Positions 19,909 to 29,725 are shown, counted from the stretch's first letter. The stretch: DNA of 64,000 bases from Minisyncoccota bacterium (GCA_041664285.1 JBAYLA010000001.1:138092-202091); one strand, 5' to 3'. Translations and numbers: made by a program. The notes: generated by a model from the letters alone, not told the origin.

Positions 19909-21072
19909 TTATCTATTTCCTTTTGCTCGATTATGCGTTTTGCACAACATCTCACAATTATTAAGCATTGTTTTGCCACCTTTACTCCAAGCTGATACAT
20001 GGTCGGCGTCCATATCCGAAATACTCCAAATCTTGTCTTTGTTTGCATCGTGTCCAATCGCACAGTGAGAGCAGTTTGAAATACCTTTTTTCTTTGCGAT
20101 AGCAGTTTGAGCTTCGTAAACTGAACGCTTAGTTGAATCCTCAAATATTCTTACTTCAAGTAGCTTTGTTTCAACTTCTCCACCTAAAACATATTCAAAA
20201 ATGCCTTTTCGACTTTTTACGAAACCATCGGCATAGAGTTTTTTAACCAAAGCAGAGACGGTAGTCGGATTGTATTTTTTCTTGTGGTAAGTTTCGTAAA
20301 GCCTGTTCCATTCCAAGCCTCTCATATCACTTTCAACTTCAGTAAATATGGTTGAAACCCAATCAATGACTGTGTTGAAATGCTTTTTTAGCTCTGTAAT
20401 ATTTGTATCCTTTCTATGCATGCTCATGTAGTTGTCGATTGCACCGCCAGAAACCCAATCTAAGGCCTGTTCCAAATATGCTTGGCGTTTGATATCACCA
20501 GCTATGTACGCGCTCCATTTATGGACATTAGCATTTTGGCTATTACTAAACTCTTCGCGCGCCTTGGTAACAAAAGTCCCAGAATAGACAGCGTTCAAAA
20601 TTTCCTGCTCGGTCAGTGGCACACCAGCGATATTGATAGTCTTGAACCAATCCTTGATTTCAGGTTCGTCGCCTTCACACACATACACTAGCAACTTAGT
20701 ATTCATTATCTGCTCGCGCTGGCTAGTAGCCATACCACTGTAGTATTGTTCATGACCATTTTTGTCTTTGACTGCAAACTTACCAGCCACAAACCGACCG
20801 ATGCTCGTAATGCGTTGCTGACCGTCTAGCACCTCAAATTTATCCTTACCAGCTTGATTGAAATAAATTAAACCAATAGGATATCCTTTTAAAATTGAGT
20901 CAATAACCGCGACATCTTTTTTGCCATCAGCATAAATGTAATTACGCTGATACTCTGGCTGAATAGTTAGTTTGCCAGAGAGACCAAACAAACCTTTTCC
21001 TTCGAGTTCATTGTAGACGAAACCGTCGCAAACTTCTTTAATGGTAATATCATTTTTTAAGGTTGTTTTCAT
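19909..21072 (-). CDS. DUF262 (GmrS-like) + HNH endonuclease
   Basis: QPEYQRNY, DGQQR, F.TIN..G.PL; C-terminal C..C, DADH..AWSKGG.T..NCEMLC..HNR.K. Confidence 0.9.
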   Translation of the reverse strand: MKTTLKNDITIKEVCDGFVYNELEGKGLFGLSGKLTIQPEYQRNYIYADGKKDVAVIDSILKGYPIGLIYFNQAGKDKFEVLDGQQRITSIGRFVAGKFAVKDKNGHEQYYSGMATSQREQIMNTKLLVYVCEGDEPEIKDWFKTINIAGVPLTEQEILNAVYSGTFVTKAREEFSNSQNANVHKWSAYIAGDIKRQAYLEQALDWVSGGAIDNYMSMHRKDTNITELKKHFNTVIDWVSTIFTEVESDMRGLEWNRLYETYHKKKYNPTTVSALVKKLYADGFVKSRKGIFEYVLGGEVETKLLEVRIFEDSTKRSVYEAQTAIAKKKGISNCSHCAIGHDANKDKIWSISDMDADHVSAWSKGGKTMLNNCEMLCKTHNRAKGNR

Positions 21073-21073
21073 A

Positions 21074-22264
21074 TTATTTCTTTTTGTGTTTAATTAGAAC
21101 TCTCTGATAAACTTTTTCTCTTAATCCATCACGAATAACAACACCACTCGCATTTAAATCATATACTCCTTTTTTCCCAAACTTATCTAAGTATGCCTGC
21201 TTACATTCCGCTGATGTATAAAATTTGGTCTTTAAACTATAAAGATCTTCGTTTTCACACATTCCTACAATCTTAAACTGTTCAGGAGAATACTTATCAA
21301 GAAAACTAATTGGCACACCCATGATGCCTTTGTAATTACTTGGTATGTTTTTTACTAGCGATACTTCAATCGCATCGTAGTTTTCATATTTCTCAAACTC
21401 TTTATTTGTTGAGAACTTGATTACATCTGCTCCTGACATCAAGGGAATTGGTTGGTGTAGTCGTCCGTGATCAAGATTTGTAAACCAACGCACCCCTTGG
21501 ACTCTTGTTATATAAGTCTTTTTACCTTTTTTGTCAGTCTTAATTTCACGTACTTGATCTAAGTTTGCAACAGCTTCTGGAATCTCATAGAACATTGCAC
21601 CGCCATTAACCCTTGCATTGTTTCCGAGCCATACCTTATTCTCTTTGATCATTGGAAAAATTTCCTTATAAGTTATTGCATTGAGATTACCAATGATTAG
21701 AAATTGTTTTTTGTGCTCGAAAAGTTGCGTAATATATTCACGAAATAAACTAAATGGAGGATTAGTGACTACTATGTCAGATTGTTTGAGCAACTCGACA
21801 CATTCGTCACTTCTAAAATCACCTTCACCCTCAAGCGGAGTCCATTCGTTGTTTTTGTTAGTTCTAAGTTGCTTCGCGATATCTTCTAGCGTAAAAGAGC
21901 CGTCGCCGTCCATGTCACCAACTTCGTTGATAATAAATTTGTTGGCAGTTACTTTTGGACGACCTTTTGATTTAGTAAGAGTTTTATCATCGCCAAATAA
22001 TCCCAATTGCGTATTGGCTACAGGTGAGGGTTTGTAACTTGTAGTGATAAGTTGTTTAAGTCCTAGTTTGTCAAAATTAAGTACAAAATAGCGAAAGAAA
22101 TTACTTTCGAATGGGTCGTCGCAGTTGCTGTAAACCACCTTACCTTTAAAAGTATTTGAGTCATACTCAAGATAGGACTCTACCTCTTTTTGAATATCAG
22201 AAAATTGAGTATAAAACTCATCATTTTTTGCCCGTTTTGCATTTGTGAGATTTTTGTTCGCCAT
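21074..22264 (-). CDS. EcoRI-family adenine DNA methyltransferase
   Basis: AKRAKNDEFYT, NCDDP, GDFRS.EC, VTNPPFSLFREY, MGVPISFLDKY. Confidence 0.9.
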   Translation of the reverse strand: MANKNLTNAKRAKNDEFYTQFSDIQKEVESYLEYDSNTFKGKVVYSNCDDPFESNFFRYFVLNFDKLGLKQLITTSYKPSPVANTQLGLFGDDKTLTKSKGRPKVTANKFIINEVGDMDGDGSFTLEDIAKQLRTNKNNEWTPLEGEGDFRSDECVELLKQSDIVVTNPPFSLFREYITQLFEHKKQFLIIGNLNAITYKEIFPMIKENKVWLGNNARVNGGAMFYEIPEAVANLDQVREIKTDKKGKKTYITRVQGVRWFTNLDHGRLHQPIPLMSGADVIKFSTNKEFEKYENYDAIEVSLVKNIPSNYKGIMGVPISFLDKYSPEQFKIVGMCENEDLYSLKTKFYTSAECKQAYLDKFGKKGVYDLNASGVVIRDGLREKVYQRVLIKHKKK

Positions 22265-22515
22265 ATGTATCCTAACTTATGTTGAGAATTATAGCTGTTT
22301 TGGTTCCAAATTGCTAATGGTATTGACGCCATGAAATAGTTTAATGCCTAACCTGTCTTTTGGATTGACTTTTCGGAAAAAAAAGTGTACACTGTTATGG
22401 TAATAACAAAGAAGTTATCACAAAGCAAGTTTGAGTCAAAAGAATTTTAGAGAGAACTGGGACATAACCAGTTTTTTTATTTTTTAGGGAGATAACTCTC
22501 TAAAAAAAACAAAAC

Positions 22516-22756
22516 AACGCACGTTTTTTAAAGCCCTCTTGAGCGAAATCCCGAGAGGGCTTTTTGCGTTTCCGTGTGGGCGCAAAATGCGTAATGGGTT
22601 TCGTTCTTTATAGCCGTATTTGTGGTCGTAGCGATATCAGATTAGTGGCTGGCCACTTGTCTATCGCAATTACGACCACGATCCAAGCTAGTCGCCACCC
22701 GCTTTAGCGGTGGCGACGTTGGACGAGCGAAGCGAGTCCGTTGGACTTGATTATAC
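22516..22756 (+). other. Putative rolling-circle replication origin (hairpin cluster and nick-like site)
   Basis: GC-rich hairpins at 22530-22563, 22622-22679, 22691-22717, 22721-22739 (GCGAAGC loop), then GACTTGATTAT just before rep. Confidence 0.6.
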
Positions 22757-22774
22757 CCACACTTAAAGAGAAAT

Positions 22775-23593
22775 ATGAAATCAACAAATAGAACAATGAT
22801 TATATCTGGCTCAACGATTGAGGCTTATCACTACAAGGAAAGTCCATTGTTTTATGATTACGAAGTGCCTAAGGTTAAAAAATATCCGATTTTAGTTATT
22901 GATGAAGAAAGTGCGCAAAGAAAAATTGAATCTAGAAAATCTTCACAACATCGCTCTCGTTCTGTATTGAGAAGATTGGTAAATACAAATGCGTGGAAAT
23001 GGTATAAGGCTAGTGGTATTCCTTTCATTCCCATTTTTCTAACATTCACATTTGCTGAAAATGTAAAAGATATTAAAGTTGCCAACCCTATTTTTTCTAA
23101 ATTTATTAAGAGATTTAATTATGAAATTACTGGACAAAAGAAAAGTTTTCTTAAGTATGTTGTTGTTACTGAATTTCAAGAGCGTGGGGCAGTTCATTTT
23201 CATGCCGTATTTTTTAATTTAAAACATATTTGGGTTGATACGCTTACTAAAATTTGGGGTCAAGGTTTTATTAAATTAAAGAAAATTAGCCATGTTGATA
23301 ATGTTGGAGCATATATTTCTAAATACATGGTTAAGCATTTTGAAGACGATAGACTTGATGGAAAGAAAAGATATTTTTCAAGTAGCGGATTGATAAAGCC
23401 GACAGTTATAAAAGATGAAGTAAAAGTTCTTCAAATAATAAAGCGTATACCGAAAAAATATCTTAAACATGAAACTGAATATGAAAGAAAACATAAAGGC
23501 AAGAAAATAGGCACCGTTGAATACGTGCAATACAAAATAGACAAGAAGGAGTCTATCTTTGACATTATTCCTGAACTCAAACAAATGCCATGA
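22775..23593 (+). CDS. HUH rolling-circle replication initiator
   Basis: Motif I FLTFTF, motif II EFQERGAVHFH, motif III YISKY (two Tyr). Confidence 0.88.
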   Translation: MKSTNRTMIISGSTIEAYHYKESPLFYDYEVPKVKKYPILVIDEESAQRKIESRKSSQHRSRSVLRRLVNTNAWKWYKASGIPFIPIFLTFTFAENVKDIKVANPIFSKFIKRFNYEITGQKKSFLKYVVVTEFQERGAVHFHAVFFNLKHIWVDTLTKIWGQGFIKLKKISHVDNVGAYISKYMVKHFEDDRLDGKKRYFSSSGLIKPTVIKDEVKVLQIIKRIPKKYLKHETEYERKHKGKKIGTVEYVQYKIDKKESIFDIIPELKQMP

Positions 23594-23772
23594 TTACTCC
23601 TGCCGACTGCCGAAAAATTGACCCTGCTCTTGAAAGTAAAACTGATAAGGAATTACAGGAGGTTATTGAACTTTTGTATGGTCTTGGAGGACTTGCCCTT
23701 GAATCATATTTTAGCGGTTCCAAAAATCTCCGTGGGGTATCTAGACTTAATAATAGTGATGTGCCAAAGTAA
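23590..23772 (+). CDS. Small protein coupled between rep and recombinase (candidate directionality factor)
   Basis: ATGA overlap with rep stop; ends 4 nt before recombinase ATG. Confidence 0.6.
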   Translation: MITPADCRKIDPALESKTDKELQEVIELLYGLGGLALESYFSGSKNLRGVSRLNNSDVPK

Positions 23773-23776
23773 TGCT

Positions 23777-25297
23777 ATGAATACTACCGATACAAAAAAT
23801 GGTGTTATCTATGTCCGAGTTTCTTCTGCTGAACAAATAGACGGCACAAGTTTAGAATCCCAAGAAAGATTTTGCCAAGAATATGCCAAGCGCGAAAATA
23901 TAAATGTCTTAAAAGTTTTTATTGAAAAAGGTGAATCTGCTAAGACGGCAAATAGAACCGAATTTATTAAAGCCATTAGTTTTTGCTCTGAAAAGAAAAA
24001 TAAAATAGAGTGCTTTATCGTTTACAAAGTTGATAGATTTGCTCGCAGTCAATCAGACCATATTTCTGTTAAGGAAACATTGAAAAAATATAATACAGAA
24101 CTTCATTCTGTTACTGAACCTATTGGTGATAGCCCAATGGGTAAAATGATGGAGGGCATACTCTCTACTTTTGCAGAGTTTGATAACAATGTCCGAACAG
24201 AAAGAAGTGTTAATGGTATGAGAGAACGCCTAAAACAAGGTGTATGGGTCTGGCAGGCTCCTCTAGGTTATTACAGAACTTCACAGGGCGAAAACATTAG
24301 TCCTGATCCTAAATTTGCTCCCTATGTGGAACTTGCCTTTAATGAATTTGCTAAAGGAACTTATACTTTTGAATCTCTAGCGAACTTTTTAAATGAAAGA
24401 GGTTTTGTAACTAAATGCGGAAATAAAGCCACCCCTTCTTTAATGGATAAAATAATTAAGAATCCTCTTTATTGCGGAATAATTAAAGTCTGGGACATGG
24501 AACATAAAGGTAGTTTTAATTACATTATTTCGGAAGAACTTTTTAATAAATGTAATGGACGGAAGAAAAAAGAATATATGCCTCGTCTTGCTAAAAATTC
24601 TAATTTCCCATTAAGAAAGTTGGTGGTATGTGAATCTTGCCAGCATTCGCTTACAGGAAGCTCGTCTACGGGCAGAAAGGGCGTTAAATATCCTTATTAT
24701 CACCACCACAAACAAACTTGCCCTTCAGCTAAATTTATTCCAAAAGAAACATTTGAACAGTTGTTTGTGGAATATCTAGCCGATATTACTCCTAGCCCAG
24801 AATATGAAAAAGTATTTAAGGCTATTGTTGTTGATATTTGGAAGAATAATTTTAAGAAGTTGGACGAGCAGAATGAACAAGTGCGAAAAGAAATCAAGGT
24901 TTTTGAAAATCAAAGACAGCGTGTTTTTGAAATGCACCAATCAGGTGTATATTCTGATCAAGATTTTATAGCACAGAAAGATATTCTTAATAAAAAGATT
25001 GCCGAGAAGAAACTTTTGATTCACGAAAAGGCTGTAGAAGAATTTAATATGGACGAAGCATTAGAATATTGCTTTAACTACATACGAGAAACTTCTAAGA
25101 CATGGATTGAACTTGAAACTGAACCAGAGAGAAGATTACGGTTCCAAAAATTTATATTTGCAGAAAATTTAGGATTTTCTGGTGAAGAATTTGGAACCAC
25201 AAAATTAACGCCTATTTACAGCATGTATCAGCAATATTTGACTGAACCATCTTCACTTGTGACCCTACTGGGAATCGCACCCAGATTACCAGCTTGA
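23777..25297 (+). CDS. Large serine recombinase (resolvase + recombinase + Zn ribbon + coiled coil)
   Basis: YVRVSS catalytic Ser, SLESQ, VDRFAR, APLGY, NPLYCG, CESC; reads through att into the tRNA antisense. Confidence 0.93.
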   Translation: MNTTDTKNGVIYVRVSSAEQIDGTSLESQERFCQEYAKRENINVLKVFIEKGESAKTANRTEFIKAISFCSEKKNKIECFIVYKVDRFARSQSDHISVKETLKKYNTELHSVTEPIGDSPMGKMMEGILSTFAEFDNNVRTERSVNGMRERLKQGVWVWQAPLGYYRTSQGENISPDPKFAPYVELAFNEFAKGTYTFESLANFLNERGFVTKCGNKATPSLMDKIIKNPLYCGIIKVWDMEHKGSFNYIISEELFNKCNGRKKKEYMPRLAKNSNFPLRKLVVCESCQHSLTGSSSTGRKGVKYPYYHHHKQTCPSAKFIPKETFEQLFVEYLADITPSPEYEKVFKAIVVDIWKNNFKKLDEQNEQVRKEIKVFENQRQRVFEMHQSGVYSDQDFIAQKDILNKKIAEKKLLIHEKAVEEFNMDEALEYCFNYIRETSKTWIELETEPERRLRFQKFIFAENLGFSGEEFGTTKLTPIYSMYQQYLTEPSSLVTLLGIAPRLPA

Positions 25298-25331
25298 AAA
25301 GCTGATGTCCTAACTATTAGACGATAGGGCC
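25260..25331 (-). tRNA. tRNA-Glu(UUC), integration target, A18/G55 variant
   Basis: GGCCCTA/TAGGGTC, TT-TTC-AA loop; D-loop AATAGTT, T-loop TGCGATT. Confidence 0.93.
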
Positions 25332-25376
25332 AAAACAGTTAATATCATACCATTTTTTGAAAAAATCGCAAAAATC

Positions 25377-25405
25377 TTGCAATTATAAAAATTTTATTTT
25401 ATAAT
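25377..25405 (+). promoter_or_regulatory. sigma70 promoter of the trp leader
   Basis: TTGCAA-17 bp-TATAAT, 6 nt before the leader ATG. Confidence 0.75.
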
Positions 25406-25411
25406 AAAACC

Positions 25412-25471
25412 ATGGCAAAGAAAGTTAATTATATGAATACAGCTTGGTGGACGACTCACATTTGTGGGTAG
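25412..25471 (+). CDS. trpL: Trp attenuator leader peptide MAKKVNYMNTAWWTTHICG
   Basis: 19-aa ORF with tandem TGG TGG upstream of trpB, overlapping alternative hairpins. Confidence 0.85.
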   Translation: MAKKVNYMNTAWWTTHICG

Positions 25472-25519
25472 TCTTTCGTTGTATCTATAATTATCTCTAA
25501 AAACAACAACACGCAAGAT

Positions 25520-25546
25520 ACCCACAGAAAAGTGGGTTTTTTATTT
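25520..25546 (+). terminator. Attenuator terminator
   Basis: ACCCAC-agaaaa-GTGGGT followed by a T tract. Confidence 0.85.
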
Positions 25547-25656
25547 GTTATTTAATTTTAAGATGAATAAATTTATTTTTAAAAATCATTGTACGGAGTT
25601 CTGGCAATAATAAACATTGTGCAGTTTTCTTATTATTATCTTAAAAATTAAACTAT

Positions 25657-26862
25657 ATGAATAAAAAAATAAAATCATTAAAAAATTTACCAGATGCAAA
25701 TGGCTATTATGGACAATTTGGGGGAAGTTTCGTTCCTCCTCAGTTAGTAAAACCATTACAAGAAATAGAAAGGGAATACAAAAAGGCAAAGAAAGATCCG
25801 AGCTTCCAAAAAGAATATTCTGACTTGCTTAAGAATTATGTTGGCCGTCCTTCTCCGTTATATTTTGCAAAGAATTTAACAAAAAAGCTCGGAGGAGCAA
25901 AAATCTATTTCAAACGGGAAGATTTGAATCACACTGGGGCTCATAAAATAAATCACTGTTTAGGAGAAGTTCTACTAGCAAAAAGAATGGGGAAGAAAAA
26001 AGTCTTAGCCGAAACTGGGGCAGGACAGCACGGAGTAGCCTTAGCCACGGCTGCTGCCTTGCTTGGTTTAGAGTGTGAAATTCACATGGGCTCAATAGAC
26101 ATAGCGAAACAGCATCCAAATGTTATTCGTATGAAATTGCTTGGAGCGAAAGTCTTCGATGTTTCAACTGGAGGAAAGTGTCTGAAGGACGCTGTGGATA
26201 GTGCTTTTACAACTTTTATGAAGGAATATAAAACTACTTTCTTTGCCATAGGGTCTGTCGTCGGACCGCATCCGTATCCTATGATTGTGAGAGATTTTCA
26301 ATCTATTGTTGGGAAAGAAGTAAGAGAACAAATTCTACAACAAGAAAAAAGATTACCAGATTATATTATCGGTTGTGTTGGTGGTGGCTCTAACGCTATT
26401 GGATTATTTCATGAATTTCTTGATGATAAAGTGAAATTAATCGGCGTGGAGCCAGCAGGCAAGGGGACAGGAGTTGGGCAACATGCCGCTACTATTTCTT
26501 ATGGTTCTATGGGGGTACTTCATGGAATGAAAACAATTGTCTTGCAAAATAAAAAAGGTGAACCAGATCCCGTTCACTCTATAGCTTCGGGATTAGATTA
26601 TCCTGGGGTTGGGCCTATCCATGCTTTTCTGAAAGATATTGGAAGAGTTAACTATACTTCAGCGACTGACAAAGAGACGATTAACGCTTTTCTTGAATTA
26701 TCAAAAGTTGAAGGAATTATTCCTGCCCTAGAAAGTGCTCACGCCATAGCCGAGGCAATGAAGTTAGCACCTACTCTAAGTAAAAATAAAATAATTGTTG
26801 TCAATATTTCAGGGCGAGGAGATAAAGACGTTGATTATGTTGCTGAGTTATTAAAAATATAA
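25657..26862 (+). CDS. trpB: Tryptophan synthase beta chain (no adjacent trpA)
   Basis: [64 protein letters not shown]. Confidence 0.97.
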   Translation: MNKKIKSLKNLPDANGYYGQFGGSFVPPQLVKPLQEIEREYKKAKKDPSFQKEYSDLLKNYVGRPSPLYFAKNLTKKLGGAKIYFKREDLNHTGAHKINHCLGEVLLAKRMGKKKVLAETGAGQHGVALATAAALLGLECEIHMGSIDIAKQHPNVIRMKLLGAKVFDVSTGGKCLKDAVDSAFTTFMKEYKTTFFAIGSVVGPHPYPMIVRDFQSIVGKEVREQILQQEKRLPDYIIGCVGGGSNAIGLFHEFLDDKVKLIGVEPAGKGTGVGQHAATISYGSMGVLHGMKTIVLQNKKGEPDPVHSIASGLDYPGVGPIHAFLKDIGRVNYTSATDKETINAFLELSKVEGIIPALESAHAIAEAMKLAPTLSKNKIIVVNISGRGDKDVDYVAELLKI

Positions 26863-26945
26863 TAAAGCTAGCAACATTACAAAGACCACACCTATATTAC
26901 ATATACGCCATGGCTGATATGTAAATTTAATAAACTAGCCAAAGG

Positions 26946-28649
26946 CTAGTAAACTTCCTGCTGGTAGCATTTTTCACAATAAACTATTTCCGGTCTATCG
27001 GGTGCATAGGTGGTTTCGAATTCTACATCGCAAGGCTTACCTTCGTGACTGATGTGCTCTTTGTCGCACAGGCAAGTTCTATGCCAAAGTTTGCTTGCGC
27101 CTCTATTTTTGAAACGCCTTATATGCCTACATTCAGGACAATTTCTTGGGATAGGTATTTGCATTCTTTTATAGAAAGAAAGTTCGTCTGTAATAATTCT
27201 GTAATTTTTGCTACATTCCGTACAAATAAAGACTTCTTTATTTACATCAAAGTCTGATGGTAGTTCTGAAATAGAATCTGGGAAATTTTTCCAATCAATG
27301 GTTTCTTTACCATAAGTTCCACGTTCAGTATCTTCCCATTTAAATCCTTTTTTCAGTGCTTCCTCTTTAGTAAGAGGGAATTCATCCATGGCTGAAGATT
27401 CGTTGTAGCCAAAAGCTGAAATTTTAGATGGATAAAAGTCTCCATAAATTCCTTCTTGTTTCATTTTTTCAATAATTTCTTCTCGTAATTTTTTGTATTC
27501 TTCTTTGGTATATTGTTTATTGAAAATACAATATGAACCTTTTTTTAAGTTTACACATCCAAAACAGTTATTCGAATTTGGGCAATTCACGCAATACTCC
27601 ATAAATTGGGAACCCCAACATATAGAACCACAAATAACATTTGATGTTTCAATCCCATTATTAAGACTATTGTAAATTAATTCAGCCCCACGTCCTGCGG
27701 TATTACAATCTACACAATCTTTTGCCCCACGCCAAACATGTATACTGTGGGCATTATCTTCTGCATCGTAAGAATGGAAACAATTACGATTATTTTTCAC
27801 ATTGGTCATATAATTCCCAGTAGAATTTACAGCATTAAAAATCTCAGCAAATTTTCTCGGTTTGTCTTCTATGAAATTCTGAAATTCTTTTTTAAAAGAT
27901 TCCACGCCCGAATGTGTGTCTAATTGAAAAGACTTTAATTTCTTTTCATACTCCTCTTCTGTATATGGTTCATTAAAAATGTGATATTTTTGTTGACGTA
28001 AATTTATACATCCAAGGCAATTCGTACATCCACGACAATCAAGCAGAAACGAGCTATCTAAACAGCTATAACAACCTTTAGAAAAACGTAAATTATTGCA
28101 GTCATAACAATCATCCACTTCATAAGACAACTCTACTTTATTAGTAAAAGAACAATCAACTAAATCTTTAGAGAGCTGAATCCAGTAACAATTTATACAA
28201 TTTTCGTTATTAGAGCTTTCTATGATCACATAGCAATTTTTATTATCTGCGGTTAAATTAAGATAACTACAGCGAACATCGTTTGTAGAAAATAGAGCTG
28301 GTTTTGGAACTTTATTCCAAAGCTTTTTCCATTGTTCAAAAAATGGTTTATTAGGATCATAATCTATGGCGTATTTCTTACTGTCTAAATCGTCACTCCA
28401 CCAGCAGTCTGGGCACCAGACTGGATAATTTTTATTAGGGCTAAAAGTTGAAATACCTTCCTTTTTACAATTATCGCATTGACGTTTATAGAAGCACCTT
28501 TCATTTCTGAAACAAAGTCGCAATTGCGCTCGACAATCTGGGCAAATTTTTGGTACTGATACTTTTACTTTTTCATAAAATCCAAAATCATCAGGTTCAA
28601 TAACGAAATCCTTCTTACAATTTTGGCAATTAAGTGTCTCTCTGTTCAT
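26946..28649 (-). CDS. Cys-rich CPR-type protein, paralog 1
   Basis: N-terminal CxxC ribbons, repeated Cys motifs (CLGCINL, CFGCVNL), C-terminal YCEKCYQQEVY. Confidence 0.85.
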   Translation of the reverse strand: MNRETLNCQNCKKDFVIEPDDFGFYEKVKVSVPKICPDCRAQLRLCFRNERCFYKRQCDNCKKEGISTFSPNKNYPVWCPDCWWSDDLDSKKYAIDYDPNKPFFEQWKKLWNKVPKPALFSTNDVRCSYLNLTADNKNCYVIIESSNNENCINCYWIQLSKDLVDCSFTNKVELSYEVDDCYDCNNLRFSKGCYSCLDSSFLLDCRGCTNCLGCINLRQQKYHIFNEPYTEEEYEKKLKSFQLDTHSGVESFKKEFQNFIEDKPRKFAEIFNAVNSTGNYMTNVKNNRNCFHSYDAEDNAHSIHVWRGAKDCVDCNTAGRGAELIYNSLNNGIETSNVICGSICWGSQFMEYCVNCPNSNNCFGCVNLKKGSYCIFNKQYTKEEYKKLREEIIEKMKQEGIYGDFYPSKISAFGYNESSAMDEFPLTKEEALKKGFKWEDTERGTYGKETIDWKNFPDSISELPSDFDVNKEVFICTECSKNYRIITDELSFYKRMQIPIPRNCPECRHIRRFKNRGASKLWHRTCLCDKEHISHEGKPCDVEFETTYAPDRPEIVYCEKCYQQEVY

Positions 28650-28704
28650 GCAAAGATTATATCAGAAATGCCAAAAAAGTCTTTATTTGGTATAGTTAAC
28701 ACCT

Positions 28705-29673
28705 ATGAATCTTTTTTATCCTATTCAATTGTTAGCGGACTGGGTAACTTATACAGTTTTGAACCATATTCCAGGTACTTTGTCTGCTAATGCAATTAAC
28801 TTTTTTATCTTTGACACAATCAAGATATTTATTCTTTTAACTGTCATTATCTTTATTGTTTCAATCATTCGATCATATTTACCACCAGAAAAGATAAAAG
28901 GAATACTATCTCACAAAAATATTTACACGGGAAATATTACCGCTTCTCTTTTGGGAATTATTACTCCATTTTGTTCTTGTTCAGCTATTCCTTTATTTTT
29001 AGGATTTATTCAAGCAGGGGTTCCACTAGGGGTAACTTTTTCTTTTCTAGTAGCATCGCCGATGATTAATGAAGTAGCCTTAGTTTTACTTTTAGGAATG
29101 TTTGGCTGGAAGATTGCCTTAATGTATATAGTGAGCGGACTTATCATTTCTATTTTTGCCGGAATAATTATCGGAAAAATGAAGGTAGAAAACTTAGTAG
29201 AATCTTTTGTTTATGAAAATACTGTGAATGGAAATATTGTTTTATCAACTATGACTCAAAGAGAAAGATTAATTTATGCAAAAAATTATACTTTAGATAT
29301 TTTACAAAAAGTTTGGCCATATATTGTAATTGGGATTGGGGTAGGGGCTTGGATTCATGGATACGTTCCGATAGATTTTTTGGCTCAGTACGCAGGCAGC
29401 GACAAGTGGTATACAGTTCCAATTGCCGTGCTTATTGGAATACCTCTTTATTCGAATGCCGCCGGTGTTATCCCACTAGTATCTGCTTTAACAGAAAAAG
29501 GTGTTTCAATAGGAACAACTCTTGCTTTTATGATGTCTGTCACCGCTTTATCCCTTCCCGAATTTATGATTCTAAAAAAGGTAATGAAAATTAAACTGAT
29601 AATAATTTTTGCTGGAATCGTCGGAGTCGGGATAATGTTTACTGGTTTTCTTTTTAATTTGATTTTGAAGTAA
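28705..29673 (+). CDS. ArsP/DUF318-family permease
   Basis: TPFCSCSAIP, FLVASP, GIPLY, ALSLPE. Confidence 0.9.
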   Translation: MNLFYPIQLLADWVTYTVLNHIPGTLSANAINFFIFDTIKIFILLTVIIFIVSIIRSYLPPEKIKGILSHKNIYTGNITASLLGIITPFCSCSAIPLFLGFIQAGVPLGVTFSFLVASPMINEVALVLLLGMFGWKIALMYIVSGLIISIFAGIIIGKMKVENLVESFVYENTVNGNIVLSTMTQRERLIYAKNYTLDILQKVWPYIVIGIGVGAWIHGYVPIDFLAQYAGSDKWYTVPIAVLIGIPLYSNAAGVIPLVSALTEKGVSIGTTLAFMMSVTALSLPEFMILKKVMKIKLIIIFAGIVGVGIMFTGFLFNLILK

Positions 29674-29725
29674 ATAATTCAATTGAAAAAATCCCCAAAA
29701 ATGGTAGATTGGAACAACGGAGCGA

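Larger units (their letters stand above)
18877..25267. mobile_element. Integrative rolling-circle-Rep / serine-recombinase element inserted in tRNA-Glu(UUC)
   Basis: 11-bp direct repeat ttgtgacccta at 18877-18887 and 25257-25267 (tRNA 3' end); contains HUH Rep, large serine recombinase and defence genes. Confidence 0.88.

Noticed and set aside
22775-25297. Filamentous prophage (inovirus)
   Set aside because: The Rep is compatible, but no Zot-like ATPase or row of small coat genes lies within the att sites.
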